Positions 8,945-17,011 of a DNA stretch of 41,500 bases are shown here, one piece after another. A program made the translations under genes and the position numbers. Source of the stretch: an uncultured Ruminococcus sp. Its GTDB lineage: Bacteria; Bacillota; Clostridia; UBA1212. Below the pieces are notes generated by a model. It made no database searches. It worked only from the letters and a program-made list of their open reading frames with translations, and was not told the origin of the DNA. How positions within the stretch are numbered: position 1 is the stretch's first letter; each line of letters begins with the position of its first letter. The DNA is taken from contig CACZNV010000034.1 of NCBI GenBank assembly GCA_902782645.1, positions 1 to 41,500 on the forward strand, in the 5' to 3' direction.

Positions 8945-9811
8945 CTAACCTCCTAATACTAAAGATTCTATGTCGTTTTTAACTTTTTTTAATGTTTCAA
9001 AATTGCTTGGTATATGCAGGAAGGAAACTGGAATATCCGAAAACAGAGATTCCATATCGATCCTTTTTATAATACTGTAAGGTAAAACACCAATCCCAAC
9101 TATGTTGTGATAGAGCATGCCTTTCTTTATTGCAGGGAGTTTGATTGGCTCTACCCATGGTTTGTTGTCGCTTGTTCTTCTAAGGAAAATAATACTTTCA
9201 ATCCTAGAAGGCTTTATTTTTGTATCATCAATACTATAATATCGTTTTCCGATAATATTCCGTTCCTTATTTACGTCAAATATATTAAGTTCAGAGACTG
9301 ACTGGTCCGTCAGTTTCATCAAATTATGCGCCCTAAACGGACGAGTTTTGGATCTTATCAACAGAGTATCATCGGAATACAATTTGAGTTGGTCTCCAGC
9401 TAAAAGATATGAAAGCGTGGTTTTTCCAACTCCCTTATCTCCTGAAATGCATATCACAGTTTTTTCCCGTAATAATGAACATGCATGAAATAAGCACCAC
9501 CCCTTACTCGCAAAGAATAAAGAGAATGGTATGTTAAAGAGTGTAGAAAAGAAAGACTCAAAAGAAGTTGCAAGACATCTTATCCTGTTGTCTTTCCCAT
9601 CTACATAATAGATTGCATAATCTCCTAATTTTATGATAAATGTATTATTATCTAGTTCTTCAACTGATATACCCTGGCAAGTGACTTTTCCTATTTCAAC
9701 ATGAAGATTCATAAAAAATGATTCGTTCGTATCCGTAGAAGAAAACTCACTTAAAAGCGGCATTTTTATATTTGAATATACAATTATTCCGTATATCTTA
9801 TAAATCCACAT
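8945..9811 (-). CDS. HPr-kinase-like P-loop kinase (lasso-peptide-kinase type)
   Basis: LFHACS...ISGDKGVGKTTL (Walker A)...YSDD, with N-terminal YKIYGI. No DRTGG-type HprK N-domain. Confidence 0.8.
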   Translation of the reverse strand: MWIYKIYGIIVYSNIKMPLLSEFSSTDTNESFFMNLHVEIGKVTCQGISVEELDNNTFIIKLGDYAIYYVDGKDNRIRCLATSFESFFSTLFNIPFSLFFASKGWCLFHACSLLREKTVICISGDKGVGKTTLSYLLAGDQLKLYSDDTLLIRSKTRPFRAHNLMKLTDQSVSELNIFDVNKERNIIGKRYYSIDDTKIKPSRIESIIFLRRTSDNKPWVEPIKLPAIKKGMLYHNIVGIGVLPYSIIKRIDMESLFSDIPVSFLHIPSNFETLKKVKNDIESLVLGG

Positions 9812-9828
9812 ATTCTTGACTGAAACGT

Positions 9829-11625
9829 TTATTGCACGTAGTGCTTCGCCTGTGCATGATACATTTTTGAATAGTTGTCGCAGCTCGCAAGCAGCTCGTC
9901 ATGTGAGCCGACTGCCTCCACGGTGTGGTTGTGGAGAAAAATAACGCTGTCTGCGTACTTGGCGACAGAAAGCCTGTGAGAGATGTAGAAAATCGTTTTT
10001 CCTTTGAGCGTCCTGTTGAATGTCTGTATCAGTTCGTCTTCGGCAAATGCATCCAGCGCCGACGAAGGCTCGTCAAGGATTACTATCGGCTGATCCTTAA
10101 ACAACACCCTGGCAAGGGCAAGTTTCTGAAGTTCGCCGCCGGAAAGGAGCACGCCGTTCTCGTCAAATATCCTGCCAAGCTTTGTGTCAATTCCGTTAGG
10201 CAGTCCGTCGATTTTTTCCTTCAGACCTGCATTGCACAAAGCATCATATATTTTGGCACGTACCTCCTCAGTGTCCCTGTAGTCATTCATCGCAACGTTT
10301 TCTGCAATAGACAGCGCGTAATACTTGTAGTCCTGAAAGACAATGCCTATCCGGTTTCTGTAGCTTCTGTAGTCAATTGACCGCAGGTCCACACCGTTGT
10401 ACATAATGCTGCCGTCGTTTACGTCATAGAGGCGGCAGATAAGCTTGCAAAGTGTGGTTTTTCCTTCGCCGTTTTCACCTACAATAACGTAAAATTTATT
10501 CTTCTCGATTTCAAGATTCACATTGCTCAGGACGTAGTTTTCACTGCCCGGATACTTGAAGCAGGCCTTGTCGAGCCTGTAGATATTAGCGGTTTCCGGA
10601 ATCTCATCGGCATTGCAGCCCTTGCCGTCAACCGCAATAGTATTCTCAGTCTCCATAAGCTCCCTGAAGGCTTCGATGTAAATCGAATTCTCGGCAAGGG
10701 TAATTATGTTGCCCGCAATTCCCGTCACCTGGGAGGAGAAAGTCGTCAGGGCAGTCAGAACCATTGTAAAGTCCGCCACGCTGAGGCCGAAAAAGACCAT
10801 GCGTATCGCAAGGAAAACGTAGTACAAGCCAAGTTCAATCGTGCCTATCGCATGCCTGATCGATCCGTTGGCTGTCGTTTTGTTGAGCAGGCGCCTTCCC
10901 AGCTTCTGAGACTTGTCAACGGTCTTTTTATACTTGGCGATAACCCAGTCCGAGATGGAATACATGCGCATGTCATTGGCGTAGTTTTCATCCACAAGCA
11001 TGGTCATGTAGTACGAAATCTCCCGGTTCACTTCCGTCAGTTCAAGCCTGTTCCTGTACTGTGCGCGCTTGTCAAGGCAAATCGTAATGATTTTCGTCAC
11101 CGTCAGCACCGCCATGACAACATAAACCCACTTGGAAACGATTGACAGGACCACGCCAAGGGACACAATCGAAACACCCGACGAAATAGCCGCAAAAGTC
11201 GCATCAAGAAATCCTGTCGCCACATTACTCTGCACCGCCTGCGTCGCCAATTCTTTGGTCTTAAGCGTTTTCGGGGAAAACAAAACCGCATAGTCAAGAG
11301 TCACAATTTTTGCCTGTATATCGAACAAAAGCGCATTTCTGTACAAATCGCCAATGATTCCAATCTTCCTGTTGAGCAGCAGCACAGCCTGCCCTTTCAC
11401 GTAGGAGGCCCCCACGATAATCAGTATTATCATCAGCGCCCCGTCCCAGCTCTTACCCAGCAGCTGCTCAATCAGCAGCTTTGAAAACAGGGCATTGAGC
11501 GCCGGCATAACACCATTTAGTAAAGCAATTAAAAACCTGCAAATAAAAAACATTTTGCTGAATTTCCATGCTTTTTTTATCATAAAAAGCTGATTACTCA
11601 TCAGTCCTTTAAATTTTAGTTTCAT
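9829..11625 (-). CDS. ABC exporter, fused permease/ATPase
   Basis: N-terminal TM helices, GENGEGKTT, Q-loop VFQD, LSGGELQK, IVILDEP, ISHRL. No N-terminal C39 peptidase domain. Confidence 0.93.
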   Translation of the reverse strand: MKLKFKGLMSNQLFMIKKAWKFSKMFFICRFLIALLNGVMPALNALFSKLLIEQLLGKSWDGALMIILIIVGASYVKGQAVLLLNRKIGIIGDLYRNALLFDIQAKIVTLDYAVLFSPKTLKTKELATQAVQSNVATGFLDATFAAISSGVSIVSLGVVLSIVSKWVYVVMAVLTVTKIITICLDKRAQYRNRLELTEVNREISYYMTMLVDENYANDMRMYSISDWVIAKYKKTVDKSQKLGRRLLNKTTANGSIRHAIGTIELGLYYVFLAIRMVFFGLSVADFTMVLTALTTFSSQVTGIAGNIITLAENSIYIEAFRELMETENTIAVDGKGCNADEIPETANIYRLDKACFKYPGSENYVLSNVNLEIEKNKFYVIVGENGEGKTTLCKLICRLYDVNDGSIMYNGVDLRSIDYRSYRNRIGIVFQDYKYYALSIAENVAMNDYRDTEEVRAKIYDALCNAGLKEKIDGLPNGIDTKLGRIFDENGVLLSGGELQKLALARVLFKDQPIVILDEPSSALDAFAEDELIQTFNRTLKGKTIFYISHRLSVAKYADSVIFLHNHTVEAVGSHDELLASCDNYSKMYHAQAKHYVQ

Positions 11626-11660
11626 AAGGTAATCGCTCCCATCATAACTGCTTCAGTGTT

Positions 11661-11687
11661 GCAAGGCAGGATTTTGTCCTGCCCCGC
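11661..11687 (-). terminator. Stem-loop after the precursor gene (attenuator/mRNA stabiliser, no U-tract)
   Basis: Minus strand GCGGGGCAGGA-CAAAA-TCCTGCCTTGC, an 11-bp stem with two G-U pairs, 10 nt after the stop codon. Confidence 0.6.
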
Positions 11688-11697
11688 TTTTCAAGAA

Positions 11698-11832
11698 TTA
11701 GCTTGTTGCTATGCAATTGTTGCAACCAACATTAATCTCCGGGCATCCAGCGTTTGGACAGACTTGTGGGCATACGCAATCACATCCTAGGCCAAGACCA
11801 AGTGGCTCTAATCCTGCTTGAATAATTTCCAT
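11698..11832 (-). CDS. Cys-rich RiPP precursor peptide (44 aa)
   Basis: Not in the ORF track. MEIIQAGLEPLGLGLGCDCVCPQVCPNAGCPEINVGCNNCIATS*. Strong RBS GAAAGGAG upstream of the ATG, 7 Cys, located between the rSAM and ABC genes. Confidence 0.88.
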   Translation of the reverse strand: MEIIQAGLEPLGLGLGCDCVCPQVCPNAGCPEINVGCNNCIATS

Positions 11833-11877
11833 TTTTTCTTCTCCTTTCACTATATTTGTTGAAATACGAATGTCAAG

Positions 11878-13200
11878 TCAATAATACTTCTTTATCATCT
11901 CCTCTATTTCGCATTTCACAACATCTAAATCACAGTCCATTTCTCCATATGCCATTCTAGCTTTAGGACATCTTTTTCCGAAACACAAAGGAAGAGCACT
12001 ACATTTTTTGCACTTGTTTGAAGACAAATAATCCGAATATACCCATTTGGAGTATAACGATTCGTTTATTTCAACGGTACCATCGTCTTCTATCCTTCCC
12101 AGATTATTTGTTTCATTGTCAAGATCAAACGAGCACTTTAACAAATATCCCTGATCGTCAAACACAAAGTAATTAGGTTTTGAAGCATAACAAACCCTGC
12201 TACACGGGAGGCTACGGCTAGTGACATTATTGCAAGATAATGCATATTCTTTAAGCATTCCCACAATTTCAACATTAATGAATAGTGATTCAATCTCACC
12301 TAAAAGTTGAGGAGTTTCACTATTTCCCTGATCCTTGATAGTCTCAAAGTATATGCCGATACGTTTGTCGTTTAGCTTTTCTGAAACATATTTATAAAAT
12401 TCCTGCAAACTATCCGCAACATCAAAATTAAAGTTAGTTCGAAGTGCTACCTTAAAGAGAGCAGTAGTTGTAACCATGTAACTTAGATTATTGATAATGG
12501 TCTGCCACGTAGGCTGCCCTCCCACAAGAGGCCTTGTTTTGTCATGTGTATAGCTCATTCCATCTACGGATATTTGATAAAATGAGCAATTCAGTGAAAC
12601 TAACTTGTCAAAATGATTAGGAGTTAACAGATAACCATTGGTTGACATTCCAGATTCCATATGTATGCCGGGAAAATCGGTATCTAGCATCGACTTTAGT
12701 TTTTCTAAAAACCATATTATATTATTATACTCTACGAGAGGTTCTCCACCAAAAAAAGTAACTCTGACATTTGAATAACCTCTCAGCAGCAATTGGTTTC
12801 GTACGAATGCGATGACGGAATCATAAGTCTCCTTTTCCATTTTACGATCCAAGTGAGGCTGACCACAGTACACACATCTAAAATTGCATTGCCGCGTAAC
12901 TATTAACATTATGTCGAGTGTGCTGTTTCGAATAACCCCTTCCTCATATAAGCACCTAACTAATAAATCCTCATCCGCATCAACATCTACAAATAACTTT
13001 TTATTGTAGAGAACAGATATAATATCATTTTTCTCATCAAATTCGATTTCTGGCTGAGACAATAATTGATTCAATCGATCAATATAGGTAATTTCCCGAA
13101 AAGCAATTATTGCCCCACTAAGAGAGCTATAAGCTATAACTGATCCATCGTCCTTGTTGATAAAGAAAGCATATCTGCTTCGCTTAAGTTTTTTACTCAT
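11878..13200 (-). CDS. Radical SAM/SPASM peptide maturase
   Basis: CNFRCVYC, FFGGEP, STNG, QISVDG. SPASM pattern C-x13-G-x4-C...C-x2-C-x5-C-x4-C-x11-C. About 90-aa N-terminal extension (possible RRE). Start set at ATG 13200 after AGAGG. Confidence 0.92.
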   Translation of the reverse strand: MSKKLKRSRYAFFINKDDGSVIAYSSLSGAIIAFREITYIDRLNQLLSQPEIEFDEKNDIISVLYNKKLFVDVDADEDLLVRCLYEEGVIRNSTLDIMLIVTRQCNFRCVYCGQPHLDRKMEKETYDSVIAFVRNQLLLRGYSNVRVTFFGGEPLVEYNNIIWFLEKLKSMLDTDFPGIHMESGMSTNGYLLTPNHFDKLVSLNCSFYQISVDGMSYTHDKTRPLVGGQPTWQTIINNLSYMVTTTALFKVALRTNFNFDVADSLQEFYKYVSEKLNDKRIGIYFETIKDQGNSETPQLLGEIESLFINVEIVGMLKEYALSCNNVTSRSLPCSRVCYASKPNYFVFDDQGYLLKCSFDLDNETNNLGRIEDDGTVEINESLYSKWVYSDYLSSNKCKKCSALPLCFGKRCPKARMAYGEMDCDLDVVKCEIEEMIKKYY

Positions 13201-13715
13201 AATAAGCCTCTTTCTAAATTCGTACTCGATTTTAATCAAAACGGAACAATCTGTTGAATAAATGTGTATAAAAAGGAGTCTTTTACGCACATTCATTCAA
13301 ACCATCTCTTTCAGGAAACAGGTATTCAATCAAAATAAGCCATATGCTTACAATGAGAGAATAAACTCAAGTAGTGAAACCCTCGTGTGCTAATCACAGC
13401 CTACATGAAATGAGCCGAGAAAGATGTTGTTAGATACACCTCATACCATTACATGCTCATTTCTCATTTGAACAACACACCCCGTCCTTAATACAACTCA
13501 ACTGTAATAGCAGAATAATCATGGCATCGAATTGTTCAATGTCTTAAATATACTCTGTTTACACGCCTTGCTATAATCTACTACATTTCGAGAAAGAATC
13601 TAATACAGAAACAACTTAAACCCAATGACGACGCTTAAAAGTGAAAAACATTGAACTATATGCTTCTGTATTAATTGCCAGCGTTAGTGGCAAGCATCCC
13701 CTTCTGTCATGAACC

Positions 13716-13745
13716 ATTATACAGCTGTTCAATATCTGTTGTCAA
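13716..13745 (-). promoter_or_regulatory. Putative sigma-A promoter facing the biosynthetic cluster
   Basis: Minus strand TTGACA-18 nt-TATAAT. Confidence 0.6.
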
Positions 13746-14022
13746 GTATTATTTTTAATAAAAACCGTGTGAAATTTGACTGTATTTCAGTATTTTGTAA
13801 GTTTTTGTTGAATTATTAACAGATCATCTTGTGGTCATTCCCAGTTTATGATAAATACGTTTTATCGACTGTTGCATACATCTGTCGACATCTTCTAAAT
13901 AATTAAAGCCTCTCTGCAGCGCTTTGCATTAATTCACCTCTCAATGAATCCTTCTCTTTAAATACAATTTATACAAGCGTGATTCATGGCCTTTAATGCA
14001 AAAACTTAAAACTGAGCGTTTT

Positions 14023-14808
14023 TTAACCCAGGGCTACGTCCAGGGCCATCATAAGTGTAAAGCCTAATGCGAACATCACAACGCCTGAGTGCGCATGCTC
14101 GCCCGAAGACATCTCCGGAATCAGTTCCTCCACAACGACATACATCATTGCGCCTGCGGCAAATGAAAGCAGGTAAGGCATTGCCGGCACCACAAGGCCC
14201 GCAAAAACCACCGTTAGAGCTGCCGCAACCGGTTCAACAACGCCTGAAAGCACACCGTCAAGGAACGCCCGGCCCTTGGTCTTGCCCTCTGCGTGGAGGG
14301 GCATGGAGATGATGGCACCCTCGGGAAAGTTTTGAATTGCGATACCGATTGCAAGCGCCAATGCACCGCTCATGGTTATATTGGCGGAGTGGGAGAGAAC
14401 GCCCGCATAAACAACACCCACAGCCATGCCCTCAGGGATGTTGTGCAGCGTGACCGCAAGCACCATCATTGTTGTCCTTTTGACTTTGCTTCTCGGACCC
14501 TCGGCCTTGTCGGCAAACATGTGCAGGTGAGGCACCACATTGTCAAGCAGCAGCAGGAAAAGTATCCCGAGCCAGAAGCCAATGAAGGCGGGGGCAAAGG
14601 CCCATTTTTCCATTGGCGATTCCTCCTGCTCTATCGCCGGTATGATCAGGCTCCAGATGGATGCAGCGACCATCACCCCCGCCGCAAAACCCGTCAAGGC
14701 CTTTTGAACTTTTTCGTTTAGTTTTTTTCTCATGAAGAACACGCAGGCCGAACCCAGCGCTGTTCCCGCAAACGGAATCCCTATTCCCAATATAACTTCC
14801 GGCAGCAT
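14023..14808 (-). CDS. ZIP family metal transporter (ZupT/GufA-like), copy 1
   Basis: GFAAGVMVAASIWSL, HNIPEG, QNFPEG, EELIPE. ATG 14808 follows AGGAGGTG. Confidence 0.93.
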   Translation of the reverse strand: MLPEVILGIGIPFAGTALGSACVFFMRKKLNEKVQKALTGFAAGVMVAASIWSLIIPAIEQEESPMEKWAFAPAFIGFWLGILFLLLLDNVVPHLHMFADKAEGPRSKVKRTTMMVLAVTLHNIPEGMAVGVVYAGVLSHSANITMSGALALAIGIAIQNFPEGAIISMPLHAEGKTKGRAFLDGVLSGVVEPVAAALTVVFAGLVVPAMPYLLSFAAGAMMYVVVEELIPEMSSGEHAHSGVVMFALGFTLMMALDVALG

Positions 14809-14831
14809 AAGGCACCTCCTCAGCAGGCTTT

Positions 14832-14877
14832 TGTTAGCCTGCGCTAACATACTATATCGGAAACAGCCGCTTGTCAA
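14832..14877 (-). promoter_or_regulatory. Promoter with DtxR/MntR-like operator palindrome
   Basis: TTGACA-17 nt-TAGTAT running into TGTTAGC-GCAG-GCTAACA (14832-14849), a TTAG-N6-CTAA core upstream of a metal transporter. Confidence 0.65.
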
Positions 14878-15006
14878 TCGCCAAATGCCTTTTTTAAGGG
14901 AAAAAGTTAAAAAATCGGTAACTTGTTTGCTGCCGCCAATGAAATCCGCAACTTGCTTATAATCAAAAATGATTTCGCATCTTGACGAAATCATTTTCAA
15001 AGTTCT

Positions 15007-15321
15007 TCATGCGGTTACAATCACGCCGGATTTTTCAGGAAATGAAGGATCTTTTTGCGTCATCGTGAGCAATCGGCAGGCTGTGCCCTCCGGGTGATTT
15101 CTTCCGGACTCCCATGCTTCCACCGTTTTAGGAGAAACACCCATATATTTTGCGAAGAGCACCTGTGTCAACCCGGTTGCAAGGCGAATACTCTTTATAT
15201 CCTCTGCGGTGAAAGACTCCAACGGCTGAATTGAAAGAACCGTGACCTTTGCTTTTCCACGGCCTTTTTCATAGTCGATTGCCTGGTTCAACCCAGTTTT
15301 CAAATCTTCAAACAAACTCAT
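15007..15321 (-). CDS. HigA-type XRE antitoxin
   Basis: MSLFEDLKTGLNQAI N-terminus and HTH LTQVLFAKYMGVSPKTVEAWESGR. ATGA overlap with the toxin gene. Confidence 0.87.
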   Translation of the reverse strand: MSLFEDLKTGLNQAIDYEKGRGKAKVTVLSIQPLESFTAEDIKSIRLATGLTQVLFAKYMGVSPKTVEAWESGRNHPEGTACRLLTMTQKDPSFPEKSGVIVTA

Positions 15322-15680
15322 CTTTTTTCTCCTTTCCGTGCATTCTCGTACAGTTGGGCCTCTAATTCCATAATCAACCCCCGAAGTTCGTTGCACTCTT
15401 CATCAGATAAGTTTTCTTTTTCATTCTTAGCATATGCGGTCAATAAATAGATTATCTCAAAAACCTCAAAATCCACGTATACAACACGCACACTTCCGCT
15501 TTTTCCTCGCCGTTCAAATGCAAAACGCATTTTCCGTATTCCACCGGTTTTCCGCATCACTGCACCGGTTTTCGGATTAATCACCAATTCTTCCTGAAGT
15601 CTGCGCAAATCGTCGTCTGTGAATCCAAGTCGTTTCCATTTTGAACTGAATTGAGGGAGTTCAATAAATGTTCTTGTCAT
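15318..15680 (-). CDS. RelE/HigB-family toxin
   Basis: FIELPQF...GAVMRKTGGIRKMRF...GKSGSVRVVY...YLLTAYAKNEKENLS. Toxin-first gene order. RBS AAGGAG. Confidence 0.9.
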   Translation of the reverse strand: MTRTFIELPQFSSKWKRLGFTDDDLRRLQEELVINPKTGAVMRKTGGIRKMRFAFERRGKSGSVRVVYVDFEVFEIIYLLTAYAKNEKENLSDEECNELRGLIMELEAQLYENARKGEKR

Positions 15681-15702
15681 AATAAACTCCTTTTTCTTTT
15701 TC

Positions 15703-15731
15703 ATTTTACCCTATTAAATAGGGTTTGTCAA
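15703..15731 (-). promoter_or_regulatory. TA operon promoter with operator palindrome
   Basis: TTGACA-17 nt-TAAAAT. ACCCTATT-a-AATAGGGT (15708-15724) lies in the spacer. Confidence 0.8.
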
Positions 15732-15792
15732 CGCTCTTTTGAAGAAAAAGGAGATTATTCTTTTCGGGTCAAACTGTCTCAGCCTCTTTGTC

Positions 15793-16070
15793 AGACACCT
15801 TGTGTGCTTTCAGAACTATCGTTGGTTGTTATAGTTCTTTTCGCGACCTGCGTAAAGAGCCAAAACGAGCATTAAACAAAAAACGCTCAGTTTTGAGCTA
15901 TTTTTTCGCGTACGGACCCGATGATGTACGAAGGTACTTCGAGCGGTCCGTACACGAAAAGCAGGTCGCGAGTTAATTGTCGTAAGACACCTTGTGTGCT
16001 TTCAGAACTATCGTTGGTTGTTATAGTTCTTTTCGCAACTTGCGTAAAGAGCCAAAACTGAGCGTTTTTT
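15793..16070. repeat. 74-bp direct repeat pair and MITE-like unit with 18-bp terminal inverted repeats
   Basis: 15793-15866 matches 15985-16058 at 72 of 74 positions. AAAAAACGCTCAGTTTTG (15878-15895) / CAAAACTGAGCGTTTTTT (16053-16070). Internal hairpin CGTACGGACC...GGTCCGTAC. Confidence 0.8.
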
Positions 16071-16860
16071 ACCCTAAAGCGACGTCTAAGGCCATCATCA
16101 GTGTAAACCCAAAGGCGAACATCAGCACGCCTACATTGGAGTGTTCGCCCGCGGACATTTCAGGTATAAGCTCCTCGACAACCGCGTAGAGCATTGCGCC
16201 TGCGGCAAAAGCCAGAAGGTAAGGCATTGCCGGGACCGCCAGCCAGGCGAAAAGGACAGTGAAGAGTGCGGCCACAGGTTCGACGGCGCCGGAAAGGAAA
16301 CCGTCGAAGAAGGCCCTGCCCTTGCTCTTGCCCTCTGCGTGGAGTGGCATGGAGATGATGGCGCCCTCGGGGAAGTTCTGGAGGGCCATACCGATTGAGA
16401 GTGCCAGTGCGGCGCCAAAGGATATGCCGGTGCCGGAGACCAGGCCTGCGTAGACGACGCCAATGGTCATGCCCTCAGGGATGTTGTGGATCGTCACGGC
16501 GAGGAGAAGCATTGTCTCTCGCTTGGCGCGGCTTTTGAGACCCTCGGCCTCTTCGGCGAAGCGGTGGAGGTGAGGGATGATCTTGTCGAGAACGAGAAGG
16601 AAAATAATACCGACCCAGAAGCCTATAAATGCGGGGATAAATGAAAGTTTGCCCTTAAAATAGGAGGGAACCATGTTTTCGCTCATGGCGGGGATCAAAA
16701 GACTCCAGATTGAGGCGGCAACCATGACGCCTGCGGCAAATCCGGTGAGCGCCCGCTGTACGGAGCGGCTCAGATCTCTTTTCATTAAGAAAACGCATGC
16801 GGAACCGAGGGTGGTTCCAACGAGAGGGATGGCAATTCCGAGCAGAACATTAAGCCACAT
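16069..16860 (-). CDS. ZIP family metal transporter (ZupT/GufA-like), copy 2
   Basis: Same motifs as copy 1 (HNIPEG, QNFPEG, identical C-terminus GFTLMMALDVALG). ATG 16860 follows AGGAG. Confidence 0.93.
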   Translation of the reverse strand: MWLNVLLGIAIPLVGTTLGSACVFLMKRDLSRSVQRALTGFAAGVMVAASIWSLLIPAMSENMVPSYFKGKLSFIPAFIGFWVGIIFLLVLDKIIPHLHRFAEEAEGLKSRAKRETMLLLAVTIHNIPEGMTIGVVYAGLVSGTGISFGAALALSIGMALQNFPEGAIISMPLHAEGKSKGRAFFDGFLSGAVEPVAALFTVLFAWLAVPAMPYLLAFAAGAMLYAVVEELIPEMSAGEHSNVGVLMFAFGFTLMMALDVALG

Positions 16861-16962
16861 ATGGAGTCTCCTGTTTGGGTTTTGTATTGGCGGCAAGGGG
16901 TAAAACTTGCCCTTCAAGTTTTTACTATTTGAAAGGTTTTTTGTCAATAGGCGCCTTACACC

Positions 16963-16991
16963 AAAAAAGCAGGCCTCCGGGGGAAGCCTGC
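16963..16991 (-). terminator. Rho-independent terminator
   Basis: GCAGGC...GCCTGC stem followed by T6 on the minus strand, just after the 17012 stop. Confidence 0.8.
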
Positions 16992-17011
16992 AGAAATCTT
17001 GTCAATTTAAA

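Noticed and set aside
8945-9811. Housekeeping hprK
   Set aside because: Lacks the HprK N-domain and the LEIRGLG signature, and sits in a biosynthetic operon.
8041-11832. Lasso peptide cluster
   Set aside because: No asparagine-synthetase-like cyclase or B1/B2 genes, and the precursor lacks a lasso leader pattern.
15793-16058. Repeat pair as a CRISPR array
   Set aside because: Only two 74-bp copies, 118 bp apart, and no cas genes.
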